Shown: one piece after another, positions 19,217 through 28,880 of the stretch | How the letters are laid out: each line of letters opens with the position of its first letter | How positions within the stretch are numbered: position 1 is the stretch's first letter | Source of the DNA: a virus | Lineage: Duplodnaviria > Heunggongvirae > Uroviricota > Caudoviricetes | Virus record (IMG/VR): IMGVR_UViG_3300035515_000158 | Length of the DNA: 64,000 bases | Reading direction: 5' to 3' (one strand) | Notes under the pieces: generated by a model | Database searches by the model: none | What the model was told of the DNA's origin: nothing | Seen by the model: the letters and a program-made list of their open reading frames with translations, nothing else | Made by a program: the position numbers and the translations under genes

Positions 19217-19251
19217 AAAAAAATTAATGGTTGTTTCACAACAACCATTAA
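19217..19251 (-). terminator. strong intrinsic terminator (11-bp stem) on the minus strand
   Basis: ttaatggttgt-ttcaca-acaaccattaa followed by T7 on the minus strand; a second hairpin gttggga-N7-tcccaac with a T5 run sits on the plus strand at 19187-19215. Confidence 0.65.
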
Positions 19252-19753
19252 TAATCACCATCTATTTTCCCCTTTTGTTGTGAAGTGAAAACTTGTTTAG
19301 GATTTTCGGGACTTCACTTATTGAATTTCTACGTTCTCAAAAAAAAAAATAAAAATTAACTATAATCTAATCAATCAATCAATATAAGTAAAAAGTCCTC
19401 ACTTCAACAATTAAATTTGAAGTCCCAAAATTATAAATACATCCCCATTTCCCAACGATGATGTATTATGTCTCATCTTTTCCATTTGTGTCTTTCGTTG
19501 GATACCCCTCCAACTTCCCACATCCTCAAAACCTCAGTTATCAATCACAGACTGCAATAAGATTTCTCCGCGAGCCAACTTGAGGTTAAGACACATTCCC
19601 CAAGTAAATAGTATGTTAAAAGAAAACAATTTAGGTGTTGTCTATTAACTTCCTGATTCATTCTACCTTGACTTTCGGTAGTCCACAGGCTTAAAATCGG
19701 CGGTACTTCAACCTATCGTATACACTCTTAAAGTTCATTCACTTTAATTGGAT

Positions 19754-19771
19754 ACATATTAAATATAACAA
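19754..19771 (-). promoter_or_regulatory. class-2 conserved motif (minus strand TTGTTATATTTAATATGT)
   Basis: Exact copy of an 18-mer found ~10 times in this window. Confidence 0.5.
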
Positions 19772-19806
19772 AAATCTTTCAATATTGTTTTTGAGTTGTT
19801 GTTCTC

Positions 19807-19824
19807 TCAAAAACCTTACATATT
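19807..19824 (-). promoter_or_regulatory. class-2 conserved motif
   Basis: Exact 18-mer copy. Confidence 0.5.
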
Positions 19825-19977
19825 AAATATAACAAAGAAGTTAGATTTTTGCCAAATTGAACTCAAATTTTTTCTATTTGTATCATCTTTGTGTAGATAT
19901 TTATGAAAAAAAATTTCACAAATTTTGTCAAATTTTTTACAACAATTTTACAATTTTGTTACAACCATGTCAAAAGG

Positions 19978-20259
19978 TCAGTAAGCTAAGACAAAACCAT
20001 GTGTTTCCGGAGACCAAAATCTATTTTCATGTTCAATACCTCGGATAGTTATAGTTCCCTTGTAATCATCTTGTGAGAGGTCAAAAGTAACCTTCATAAC
20101 CTGTCCCATCTTTCCGAGGTCTTTATCTAATGTCTTATGAACATTATAGACAGGGATTGAATTCTCATTAAGAAAATTAAAAACTTGGTCGATACTTTTC
20201 ATAGGTAGGTTGTTTAATCGACCAATAAGTGAATCATGGGTCATTTTAAGTGAAGTCAT
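19978..20259 (-). CDS. hypothetical protein (93 aa)
   Basis: Minus-strand ORF. Confidence 0.45.
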   Translation of the reverse strand: MTSLKMTHDSLIGRLNNLPMKSIDQVFNFLNENSIPVYNVHKTLDKDLGKMGQVMKVTFDLSQDDYKGTITIRGIEHENRFWSPETHGFVLAY

Positions 20260-21209
20260 TATATTTCGATATTACATCTTGTTAAATAGTCTTTTTCATC
20301 AGGTTCAGTAACGGAGGCCGCCTGATAGTTAATTAGTTTATTAGCAACCATCATCAAGTAATTTTTTTCTTCCTGTCCCATCTCATCACATACATTTACA
20401 TCTTTAAGGAATGAACGTAAACGAATGGCGAAAGTTTTATCATTTACTATGCGGTTTCCAATAATAGGGTTCTCATCACAAGGAATAACTTTTTTCATTC
20501 TTGTTTTCCTTGTACGTTTGAATTCTTCTTCATTGATACGTTGTTGTTCTTTTATCTCATCCATCTCATCTATATCTTTCATGATACCCGGAATGATTGA
20601 GGGAAGTTTATTATATACTAAGTCGGGGAAGTAATCTTTATAGTAGTTTCCCAACAGGTCATATGGTTTATTAATATAATTTTCCCAGTTTGATTTCAAG
20701 ATAGAAGGTACACCCATATGTTTACCATCTAATGTGTCCGGGTAGATATTGTAACCAATAACATCACACACACCCATCATATCAAATAAGTCTACAAGAT
20801 AATCAATAGTGAGAGCAACATACATCATATCTTGTTTTTCATCTTCACTCAATTTCTCATAATAATTTTTGGTAATGATTTCAAATGTGGTGGTTAATCC
20901 CCAAGCATCTTCAAGGATATAACGACATTTAATAAGGTTGAGGATAATTTTATTTACCTTTTCAACGGTTAGATTGATGAAATGGGTACATGGTTTTGGA
21001 CCGACATTATCATAGAATATATCCAATACAATACCAATGATTTCATACTCTTTACGAAGTTGAAAGTTGTAATTCAAATTGTAAAGGTCTTGAAATCGAG
21101 TATCAGGATTTTGACCACGATCACTAATAAGGTCATTAATAAGAGCCTTTATCCATTCTTTTTTGGAGGTCATTCTGGTGAGGTTATCTAAATGTTTCAT
21201 AATTAACAA
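20259..21209 (-). CDS. hypothetical protein (316 aa)
   Basis: Long minus-strand ORF. Confidence 0.5.
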   Translation of the reverse strand: MLIMKHLDNLTRMTSKKEWIKALINDLISDRGQNPDTRFQDLYNLNYNFQLRKEYEIIGIVLDIFYDNVGPKPCTHFINLTVEKVNKIILNLIKCRYILEDAWGLTTTFEIITKNYYEKLSEDEKQDMMYVALTIDYLVDLFDMMGVCDVIGYNIYPDTLDGKHMGVPSILKSNWENYINKPYDLLGNYYKDYFPDLVYNKLPSIIPGIMKDIDEMDEIKEQQRINEEEFKRTRKTRMKKVIPCDENPIIGNRIVNDKTFAIRLRSFLKDVNVCDEMGQEEKNYLMMVANKLINYQAASVTEPDEKDYLTRCNIEI

Positions 21210-21490
21210 AATGCGATGTCTTCTGGTTCGAGGATTTCAGTATCCATAATCCTTTCTTCAAAATGTTCAGTGAATTTTTTATTTTCTTCGAGAGTTATAT
21301 CATCACCTTCACCACCATAGTTACAGTGAATACAGACATAACCTCTTGGATTGAACGCTCCACATTTGGGACATACATCAATACATGGAGCCCAGTTTCG
21401 ACAGAAGTGGTAATATTTTTTCAGAAGTAAATAATCTTCGATAGATATTGTAACTTCCACATTATCTTCAGAAATTGAATGTTGAATCAT
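21203..21490 (-). CDS. Cys-rich zinc-finger-like protein (95 aa)
   Basis: CPKCGAF and CIHCNYGG motifs. Confidence 0.4.
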   Translation of the reverse strand: MIQHSISEDNVEVTISIEDYLLLKKYYHFCRNWAPCIDVCPKCGAFNPRGYVCIHCNYGGEGDDITLEENKKFTEHFEERIMDTEILEPEDIAFC

Positions 21491-21503
21491 CTTAACAATA
21501 AAA

Positions 21504-21824
21504 TTAAAAAATTAACAAAACCCACCCAATCCAGCATCCGATTTCATCAAATAACATATCTACTTGGTCAAAAACTCCATACGAAAAATAATCGTAGAGT
21601 TCCTTACATAGACCGATGAACAATGTTATAAGACATGAAACGGATGCTTGGTTTATCTTCTCCATTGATTTGAAAAACTTACTGATTAATAAAACCAAGA
21701 TAAGTGAAACCAAGAGGTGAAGATAAAATTCAGGTTGGATAGTGAACAGGTAATGATATAGGTCAGTCACCATTTGCCAAGAATTTTTGAATTGAGGGGA
21801 TTGGTTCACCCTCATATCCAACAC
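21504..21824 (-). CDS. hypothetical membrane protein (about 106 aa; real start may be an internal Met)
   Basis: Hydrophobic segment LLVSLILVLLI; overlaps the neighbouring ORF. Confidence 0.35.
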   Translation of the reverse strand: MLDMRVNQSPQFKNSWQMVTDLYHYLFTIQPEFYLHLLVSLILVLLISKFFKSMEKINQASVSCLITLFIGLCKELYDYFSYGVFDQVDMLFDEIGCWIGWVLLIF

Positions 21825-21969
21825 GTCTTGCTTCTCTTAGAATATCACACATTAGGTTGATGTTGTGAGTATTCTGTTCAAACTCAGCAATAAGATAATC
21901 GAGATAGTTGTCAGTGATGTCTTGTTCAAAAACTTCATCTGCGAGTTCAATTTCTTCTTTCGTCAACAT
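21763..21969 (-). CDS. hypothetical protein (68 aa)
   Basis: Minus-strand ORF. Confidence 0.35.
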   Translation of the reverse strand: MLTKEEIELADEVFEQDITDNYLDYLIAEFEQNTHNINLMCDILREARRVGYEGEPIPSIQKFLANGD

Positions 21970-22177
21970 AAGTAATACTATTTAACTGGTTTACAATTCT
22001 TTTACATTTACGTTCGCTAAAGTAACAAATACTTAGGAATTTATATCTATTTCTAATTGTTTCATAAATCGTGTGACCATGTAGGGCGACTAACATATCA
22101 TAGAGGTCATAAGGACACATCTCATATTCGATGTGTTCGTCTGGGTAATGGTATCCACGAATTAACCATACTGTCAT
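21947..22177 (-). CDS. hypothetical protein (76 aa)
   Basis: Minus-strand ORF. Confidence 0.4.
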   Translation of the reverse strand: MTVWLIRGYHYPDEHIEYEMCPYDLYDMLVALHGHTIYETIRNRYKFLSICYFSERKCKRIVNQLNSITYVDERRN

Positions 22178-23109
22178 TTATTAAGTATCTTTGAATAAGT
22201 TTCGACGAGTGACTTGAAGAACTCTCTGTCATCATTTTGACCAGCACTATCACGACGTAGATACATTTTAAGTTGATAAGTGGTCAGACCGAGATAAAAC
22301 CTGATTGTGTCGAGGTATTCATCTTTAAGTCTCTCATCAAAAATATAACAAAAATTAGATGGATAATGACGCAAAAAATCCATAAAATATTGGTGGCCTT
22401 TGACATCATTATATAAACCAACATTGAGGTATTGTTGACGAACTGGGAAAATAGGATAACCTAAACTAAGGATTCTTATGATGTTAACTCTTTCGTCATT
22501 TTCGGCATCTGAGAAAAAGTCATCAAGACCATCCTCACGAAATATTTCAAGTTGTTCATCATACATTTCACTCCAAGATGTCGCTTTGGTTTTGTTTTTG
22601 ATACCATAATTCCAAGCGAAGTAATTGAAGTCCTGAGAGTCTATAATCTTTTTTACTACATCCTCATGTTCCAAGACAAGACAGAAGTGATTGTAAGGGT
22701 TGTTTAGATTTACTTTTTTGGGGATGTTGTAAAATCGTTTGTGACGGATTTCATCATTATCTCTAAGTTTCATCATCTTTTGTGTTTCCGGACTCGGTTC
22801 ACTTTTCCATTCATCACCACCAAAATAAGTGAGATTGTTAAAGTAACATAGAACACCATCAATGTCTTCATCAAAAAACTGTTCTAATATTTTAACAGTT
22901 AGACTACCCTCATCAGGAGTGAGATAACCATAGTCATTATAAACACCATAGATAATTGGGCACATAGGTATTAGTGAGTAACAACCATTCCAGAGAATAG
23001 CGTCACTAAAGTCAAGGTCAGATTGAATTTTACACAGGATACCAGCGACCCTTTGACCTTCTTGAATGGGGATTTGTGAGATACACCCAGATGAATTAAA
23101 ACATCCCAT
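22174..23109 (-). CDS. hypothetical protein (311 aa)
   Basis: Long minus-strand ORF. Confidence 0.5.
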   Translation of the reverse strand: MGCFNSSGCISQIPIQEGQRVAGILCKIQSDLDFSDAILWNGCYSLIPMCPIIYGVYNDYGYLTPDEGSLTVKILEQFFDEDIDGVLCYFNNLTYFGGDEWKSEPSPETQKMMKLRDNDEIRHKRFYNIPKKVNLNNPYNHFCLVLEHEDVVKKIIDSQDFNYFAWNYGIKNKTKATSWSEMYDEQLEIFREDGLDDFFSDAENDERVNIIRILSLGYPIFPVRQQYLNVGLYNDVKGHQYFMDFLRHYPSNFCYIFDERLKDEYLDTIRFYLGLTTYQLKMYLRRDSAGQNDDREFFKSLVETYSKILNK

Positions 23110-23115
23110 AGTTAA

Positions 23116-23562
23116 TTAAATATTTGATTCAAAAATTTTATTCAAGTCTTTTTTGAACGTACGATTATATTTCGTGTTCCAACTTTGATTCCAGTCACCA
23201 TCACGATATACTTTTCGTAGTTCTTTGGCGGTGGATTGTCTTTTTATTCTGGCTAATCCTCGACCAAACATAACAGTGTATTTTATTTCACCACCAATGA
23301 CGACATTTTTATTACCAACACGAACAGAGATACCAACATGATAGCAAAGACCATCATAAACGATTTCACTAAGTGTTGAGGTTTTGATTGATTTCAAACG
23401 AGGTGCCCAGACAATAATGTTATATGGGATACCCAGTTCTTCGAGATGACGAGCGATTTCAGAGGCGGCGAACATACAACCACCATGAAAGAGTTCGTGT
23501 TTATCTTTCCAATAGTTGACCAAATCATCAACTTCTTTGATTATATCTTTTCTTTTTCTCAT
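23116..23562 (-). CDS. Cys/His-motif protein (148 aa), paralog of 18223..18681
   Basis: HGGCMFAAS ... YHVGISV ... IGG pattern shared with its paralog. Confidence 0.5.
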   Translation of the reverse strand: MRKRKDIIKEVDDLVNYWKDKHELFHGGCMFAASEIARHLEELGIPYNIIVWAPRLKSIKTSTLSEIVYDGLCYHVGISVRVGNKNVVIGGEIKYTVMFGRGLARIKRQSTAKELRKVYRDGDWNQSWNTKYNRTFKKDLNKIFESNI

Positions 23563-23581
23563 ATATTTGTTTGTTTTGATT

Positions 23582-23650
23582 TACACTACAAAGATACAAG
23601 AAAAAATTGAAACCACCAAATATTTTATTAAAAAAATAACAAAAAAAATG
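23582..23650 (-). promoter_or_regulatory. class-1 promoter element, divergent variant
   Basis: -7 TATCTTTG at 23589-23596; -33 TTTG at 23617-23620. Confidence 0.55.
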
Positions 23651-23714
23651 GGGCAAAGTAAAAACTTTGTCCCGACCGTTTAGTTCTGTTTACTAATTAA
23701 CTGTATTGTAAGTT

Positions 23715-23891
23715 TTAGATACCAAGTGAATCAACGGCTACTGTGTCAACAGCAAGTGAATCTACACCAAGAGAGTCAACAACGACTTCGGTAGAGTCAG
23801 TAGTGGTTTCAGAATCAGCACCTGCACCATTTGTACAAGCAACACATGACATAGCAAACACTGCAACAATCGCGATAAGAATTTTCTTCAT
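23715..23891 (-). CDS. small secreted lipoprotein with VDSL repeats (58 aa; MKKILIAIVAVFAMSC ... VDSLGVDSLAVDTVAVDSLGI)
   Basis: ORF below the 60-aa cutoff, found by reading the minus strand; signal peptide plus lipobox. Confidence 0.45.
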   Translation of the reverse strand: MKKILIAIVAVFAMSCVACTNGAGADSETTTDSTEVVVDSLGVDSLAVDTVAVDSLGI

Positions 23892-23976
23892 GATTTTTTA
23901 GTTATTATTGAATTTTTATTTTATTTATTGGTGGTGACTTTTACATCACCACCAAGGTTATTTATGTTTAATTAAT

Positions 23977-25095
23977 TTATTTACTTGTAACAGTTACTGT
24001 ACGATTACTTTCGTAGTCAGAACCAAATTGTTGAGTAGCACCACCAGCAACCACAGACAGACGAGTAGTAGGTACACCACGTTCTACAAGTGCATTACGA
24101 ACAACCTCTGCACGATGGAGTGAGAGTGTTGAGTTATAAGTTTCCTCACCTTCGATAGATGCCCAACCAGTGATTACATAGTCTTTGTTGTCACTCTTGA
24201 TTTGAGTTGCGAGAGTGTCAAGGACTTTATTTGAAGTGGGATCCAAAGTATATTCACCCTTTGTAAAGTAAGGAGATGATACTACATAACTTGTTACAGG
24301 TACTTCACGAACAACTTCACGAACAACATCATTAGTAACTACAACAGTATCAGGAGTTACATTAGATAGACGTTCTACCATTTCATCATATTCACGAACT
24401 GTATACGCTTTTGTGAAGTTGTGAGTTGTTACACCCTTTGAATTTTTATGTCCAAACTTATATGTGAAACCAACTTCAAGACCAACACGTGCCTTATTTA
24501 CATTGTAGTAAGGTTCACCAGTGTAATTAGAACCTGAAAGGGCATACATTACAGTTGGGCGAACATCAATTACCCAAGCTTTTGTTTCACCAAGATTGAA
24601 GGACAAGTCAATACCCATTTTAGTAGCGAAGGCATTACGACCAACTGCTTGAACGGTAGGAACATTACCTTTATCTTCTACTGTACCATTACCATAAGCA
24701 TGAAGCCAACCAACACCAACGAAGGGGATTACTTCTACTCGGTCACTTTCACCACGATATTTGTGAAAGATATTGTTGAGATTTAGACGGGCGTTCAGTC
24801 CAACATAACTTGCGTCTACGAATTTGTTTCGTGTAGAGAAACCATCATGGAATACTGTTTCACCATTAAGTTCCATACCAAAGATAGGAGTGAACCATTT
24901 ACCAAGATAGAGATTAGCATCAGGAGCTACTGTCCAATTTGAATGACCAATAATATCATTCATACCAACTTGTCCACCAACAGAAACACCAACATAAGTG
25001 TTATCGAAGAATTTAGAACCCTCAACTGTGGTTTGTTGGGCAAACATTGAAAGTGAGGCAAATACCATCACCAACATCAAAATAATTTTTTTCAT
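23977..25095 (-). CDS. OmpA-family outer-membrane protein (signal peptide, beta-barrel region, C-terminal OmpA peptidoglycan-binding domain; 372 aa)
   Basis: C-terminal YTLDPTSNKVLD ... GWASIEGEETYNSTLSLHRAEVVRNALVERGV ... matches the OmpA_C consensus. Confidence 0.8.
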   Translation of the reverse strand: MKKIILMLVMVFASLSMFAQQTTVEGSKFFDNTYVGVSVGGQVGMNDIIGHSNWTVAPDANLYLGKWFTPIFGMELNGETVFHDGFSTRNKFVDASYVGLNARLNLNNIFHKYRGESDRVEVIPFVGVGWLHAYGNGTVEDKGNVPTVQAVGRNAFATKMGIDLSFNLGETKAWVIDVRPTVMYALSGSNYTGEPYYNVNKARVGLEVGFTYKFGHKNSKGVTTHNFTKAYTVREYDEMVERLSNVTPDTVVVTNDVVREVVREVPVTSYVVSSPYFTKGEYTLDPTSNKVLDTLATQIKSDNKDYVITGWASIEGEETYNSTLSLHRAEVVRNALVERGVPTTRLSVVAGGATQQFGSDYESNRTVTVTSK

Positions 25096-25154
25096 AAAAT
25101 CTTTTTTCCTTTTATTAAATTTTGTTTTAATAAGAACTAACGGTTAAAAAACTT

Positions 25155-25172
25155 ACATATTAAATATAACAA
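25155..25172 (-). promoter_or_regulatory. class-2 conserved motif upstream of the OmpA-like gene
   Basis: Exact 18-mer copy. Confidence 0.5.
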
Positions 25173-25178
25173 ACAATT

Positions 25179-25688
25179 TTATGTTCGTACGACTTTTCGC
25201 CGTAATTTTTCATATTTTTTTATATCCTCATAAGCATTCATTACCCTTTTCCGATACCAATAAGATTTACCATTGTGAAGTTGTATGGCTGTTTTCATTG
25301 AATAATCTGGGTTGTGGGCTTTCTGCATAAGGTCAAATATTTCATAGGCTGAGTCAAAACTGAGGACATCGTTCATGCTGTAATTTGTATTGTGAACTCG
25401 ATTTACCTCATTAACATAGACTGGAGTGATTTGAAAATAACCTTTTGCACCTTTTGATGATACCTGCGTTGAGTCATATTCACTTTCAACTTTCATCAGA
25501 GCCATAGTGAACATATTCCAATCAGACATTTGGTCATCAGATTCCTTTATATTATTTTCTTGACCTAAAGAAACCGTTTCCACTGTGTTTTCTGGATTAG
25601 TTGGTCTAAGGAGAAAATAGAGAGTGAAAACGGTATTAAAAAATAGGGAAATAATAAATAGAAATCTTTGCAATCGCAGAAGATTCAT
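25179..25688 (-). CDS. membrane-anchored lytic transglycosylase (SLT domain; 169 aa)
   Basis: N-terminal TM segment plus VESEYDS ... SSKGAKGYFQITP, which matches the SLT catalytic-Glu motif. Confidence 0.7.
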   Translation of the reverse strand: MNLLRLQRFLFIISLFFNTVFTLYFLLRPTNPENTVETVSLGQENNIKESDDQMSDWNMFTMALMKVESEYDSTQVSSKGAKGYFQITPVYVNEVNRVHNTNYSMNDVLSFDSAYEIFDLMQKAHNPDYSMKTAIQLHNGKSYWYRKRVMNAYEDIKKYEKLRRKVVRT

Positions 25689-25702
25689 ATTAAATATAAC
25701 AA
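25685..25702 (-). promoter_or_regulatory. class-2 motif variant whose terminal ATG is the start codon of the SLT gene
   Basis: TTGTTATATTTAATATGAA, where the ATG is the start codon of the 25179..25688 gene. Confidence 0.45.
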
Positions 25703-25748
25703 ATTTTTTTGGTTTTCATCCTAACTAATTATCAGTCAGGATTCTCAC

Positions 25749-26117
25749 TTAGAGTTTATAAAATCGAGCCCCAGATTCATTGATAAGGGCATGTGTGAAC
25801 TTATCGGCTTTCTCATAGGTTTTGAAGTGTCGAGTTATCACATCATCATTGGAGAGGTGGATTTCAACACTGGGGTACTCCATGACATACTTAGTGTCAG
25901 GGTGGATATACAAGTCTTCATCAATATAATCTTTTATTTCAGATTCCGGTATGTTTTGTGAAGTAAAAACATCATGGTAGTATCCACCAATGACTGGAAG
26001 AAAAGAGATTCCAAAGAGATGATGTTTTGGGTGGTAACAGATAGGAGAATATTCCTTTGAACCGAATAACCGGATTTCTACAATTTGAACTGAGTTGATA
26101 AATTGATAAGTTCGCAT
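25749..26117 (-). CDS. hypothetical protein (122 aa)
   Basis: Minus-strand ORF. Confidence 0.45.
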   Translation of the reverse strand: MRTYQFINSVQIVEIRLFGSKEYSPICYHPKHHLFGISFLPVIGGYYHDVFTSQNIPESEIKDYIDEDLYIHPDTKYVMEYPSVEIHLSNDDVITRHFKTYEKADKFTHALINESGARFYKL

Positions 26118-26273
26118 AATGATAGATTTTTTAGACGTAAGCTACTACAATTTTCTTTCCTTTAATCTTGATAGAACGTATTTTGTCACCAATAACACAT
26201 TCACCAAAGATGACATCATAATCTTCACACTCATCAGGAAGATTATTTAGAATTTCTTTTAACTTAGATACCT

Positions 26274-26798
26274 TCATGATTCGGGATTTTTAATGTTTGG
26301 GAGATGTTTAATATAATACTCCGCTTCTGATTTTGTGTCAAAGTAGTTACCACATTGTTTACGGAACTCATCTGCGGATTCTCGGATACCAATGATAGCT
26401 GAGCGGATTTGACCTGTTGAACTGATGTACCAATATTTGTAGTCAGATACAGGTTTTTCGATGTCCTCCAATTTGACATGGACTATATTGTCATAACTAC
26501 CATCTATTTTGATATAAGTGTCAAAAGGAGTGATGGGGTTTTGAATAACTCCGGTTTGGTTGTGCCCTCGGTAGGTGAACATAACGTGTGAACCAGATTC
26601 AAAAGGATAAGTTCGTTCGGTTTCGGTAAAGTTGGTTTTGTCATTTATATTTACAAAACTTGGGAGAACTTTACCATCTCGTGTACGATAACTTTTCGTA
26701 TTGTCATCCCAAAAGAATGTGTCACCTTTTCGGGGTTTGTCTTCACCAAAGATGGGTAATGTTTTCTTGACTGTATATTGGGTAAAAGTTGTAGACAT
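26274..26798 (-). CDS. hypothetical protein (174 aa)
   Basis: Minus-strand ORF. Confidence 0.5.
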   Translation of the reverse strand: MSTTFTQYTVKKTLPIFGEDKPRKGDTFFWDDNTKSYRTRDGKVLPSFVNINDKTNFTETERTYPFESGSHVMFTYRGHNQTGVIQNPITPFDTYIKIDGSYDNIVHVKLEDIEKPVSDYKYWYISSTGQIRSAIIGIRESADEFRKQCGNYFDTKSEAEYYIKHLPNIKNPES

Positions 26799-26904
26799 GA
26801 TTTATTGTTTAGATAGTTAGTGATTTTGTTTGAAAAAATTCCCACAGGTCTTTTACCGATCAGGACTATTACACCTGTGGGAATGAACGATATGACTAAA
26901 ATGT

Positions 26905-27180
26905 TTAAACTTCTGCTTCTTCTTCAAGTGGTTGAATAGATTTGATTTCCACCACTGAACTTGGGTGGTAGCATCGCCAGTCACAACGGTCGATGTCCCA
27001 GTAAGAGTTGAAACCATATTCACCCGGACCATAACCACCTTGTGGGCGGTAGTTTTGTTCGGAGATGTATTCAGGGTCTGTGGTACCCTTAGCTTCTCGG
27101 AGTTCACCATTCTTTTTGACGTAGGTGAAAGTAACGATTGACGTTTGGAGAGCTTTACGGAGTTGTTGAAGGGTTGTCAT
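26905..27180 (-). CDS. hypothetical protein (91 aa)
   Basis: Downstream of a class-1 promoter. Confidence 0.4.
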   Translation of the reverse strand: MTTLQQLRKALQTSIVTFTYVKKNGELREAKGTTDPEYISEQNYRPQGGYGPGEYGFNSYWDIDRCDWRCYHPSSVVEIKSIQPLEEEAEV

Positions 27181-27219
27181 GATTTCTTTATTTAGAGAGT
27201 TAAACTTTTGTTTTCTTTT

Positions 27220-27290
27220 TACACTACAAAGATACTTGATTTTTTTGACCTGACCAAATTTTAAGTGCTAAAAATTTGTTAAATCTTTTA
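27220..27290 (-). promoter_or_regulatory. class-1 promoter element
   Basis: -7 at 27227-27234; -33 at 27255-27258. Confidence 0.65.
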
Positions 27291-27305
27291 TCTTATGTAA
27301 TCCTA

Positions 27306-27572
27306 TTAAAAAAGGATTCTTTCAAGAAGTGGTCGTTGGGGTGGATATTTAACCAATATATCATCTTCCAATAGATTGAGTAGTTTCTCAGCATGTTCTC
27401 TAATTGGATGATTCCCATCTCTGGTAGTTAAATCTACTTCACCATCAACCCAACTGAATGGAGGATAAGTCTTGATAGTTTGCCATCCCCACCATCTACG
27501 TTTTTGGATTTTAATGATTTCATAGTCATAATTTCCAGTTGTGTATAAACGATATTTAGTTTTCGTTGCCAT
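27306..27572 (-). CDS. hypothetical protein (88 aa)
   Basis: Downstream of two tandem class-1 promoters. Confidence 0.4.
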   Translation of the reverse strand: MATKTKYRLYTTGNYDYEIIKIQKRRWWGWQTIKTYPPFSWVDGEVDLTTRDGNHPIREHAEKLLNLLEDDILVKYPPQRPLLERILF

Positions 27573-27610
27573 AATTTTTTGTTTAGAGAGTTAAACTTTT
27601 GTTTTCTTTT

Positions 27611-27680
27611 TACACTACAAAGATAATTGATTTTTTTGACCTGACCAAATTTTAAGTGCTAAAAATTTGTTAAATCTTTT
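27611..27680 (-). promoter_or_regulatory. class-1 promoter element
   Basis: -7 at 27618-27625; -33 at 27646-27649. Confidence 0.65.
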
Positions 27681-27712
27681 ATCTTTCATCTTGTGTAATG
27701 TTGTTTTTTAAT

Positions 27713-27780
27713 TACAATACAAAGTTACAGGATTCATCTGGTTTCTCCAAATGAATCCTGTTAAAATATTAAAAACATTC
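27713..27780 (-). promoter_or_regulatory. class-1 promoter element with an inverted repeat (ggattcat/atgaatcc) in the spacer
   Basis: -7 TAACTTTG at 27720-27727; -33 TTTG at 27748-27751. Confidence 0.55.
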
Positions 27781-28283
27781 TATTTAGTTTTGTTGTCGTG
27801 ATTTGATAGAACTTTATAAACATTACTTTGAATACTTACCATCTCATCAAACAACTCAACCACACTATTATATTGTGTTTCTGTGATTTCTGTACATTTT
27901 ACATTAGGGTGAGGGTTAAAATTCTCACTATAAGGATTGTCGATATACTGTTCAGATACAAAACTTTCGGTTTGAATTGACATGAATATACCATTCTCCA
28001 TATAAATGTCATCAGAAATTTCGTAGAATCGTTTCGTCCAAAAACCACCAACAGGTTCATCATAATCTGTTATTTGAAAAACTGACTTGACTTTTTTGTT
28101 AAGGTCTTCCAATACGAAATAACGACCAACTAAGTTATTGTAAAATTGTAAACATTGTTTCTCTTTATCACTGAGATTAAATCGTTTCTCTTTATTGTGA
28201 TGATATACTAAATAATCTCGGAGAGTTGCGTCAGGATGTTCTACTAAATAATCCGCCGCCTCATTTAATTCTTGTGAACTCAT
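27780..28283 (-). CDS. paralog-family protein 1 of 5 (167 aa)
   Basis: N-terminal HPDATL-x-DYL ... GRYFVLED and C-terminal ITETQYNSV-x-ELFD are shared with the four genes downstream. Confidence 0.5.
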   Translation of the reverse strand: MSSQELNEAADYLVEHPDATLRDYLVYHHNKEKRFNLSDKEKQCLQFYNNLVGRYFVLEDLNKKVKSVFQITDYDEPVGGFWTKRFYEISDDIYMENGIFMSIQTESFVSEQYIDNPYSENFNPHPNVKCTEITETQYNSVVELFDEMVSIQSNVYKVLSNHDNKTK

Positions 28284-28301
28284 TGTTTATAATTTTAGTT
28301 G

Positions 28302-28880
28302 TCAAAAAGTATAGACAAGTTGGTTGAATGCATTAATCACCTCATTATATTGTTCTTTGGTGATTTCGATAACTTCCAAACCTTCATAATCTTCTTCTTT
28401 AATTCTTGATTCTTTATGGAAGATTTGATAACGTAGTTTACCATAAGGACTATACTTGAATACATTTTCATTAGCATAGTGGATATAGACATTTTCAATC
28501 TTATAATTCTGGGCTTGGATTTCAGGAACATAGAAAACCATAGTTGTATTACTCTTGTGATCAATAAGTTTGTAATACTTATCTATGTATTCATCATCCT
28601 CTCTAATCCAAGGTCGTAGTTTATGTAACTTCTCGGTATCCTGTTCCAACATATATGAATCCGACCACTCAAGGAAACCGGAGTAATTACCTTCGGGATG
28701 TTCTTTTAGATAGAGTTCCATTAGTTCATTTTCACGAATTACCTCTGGAACATCATCATCATCATTTAATTCATCTCGGTAAGGATTTGTGTAGTTTTCA
28801 TAATTTGGTTCTTCTGGTTCTCGTTTTTTTAGAGACTCATAGGCCAATTCTTCCATTGTAACATTCTCATTCATTTTCAA
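28302..28880 (-). CDS. paralog-family protein 2 of 5, divergent (192 aa)
   Basis: C-terminal IEITKEQYNEVINAFNQL is shared with the family. Confidence 0.5.
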   Translation of the reverse strand: MKMNENVTMEELAYESLKKREPEEPNYENYTNPYRDELNDDDDVPEVIRENELMELYLKEHPEGNYSGFLEWSDSYMLEQDTEKLHKLRPWIREDDEYIDKYYKLIDHKSNTTMVFYVPEIQAQNYKIENVYIHYANENVFKYSPYGKLRYQIFHKESRIKEEDYEGLEVIEITKEQYNEVINAFNQLVYTF

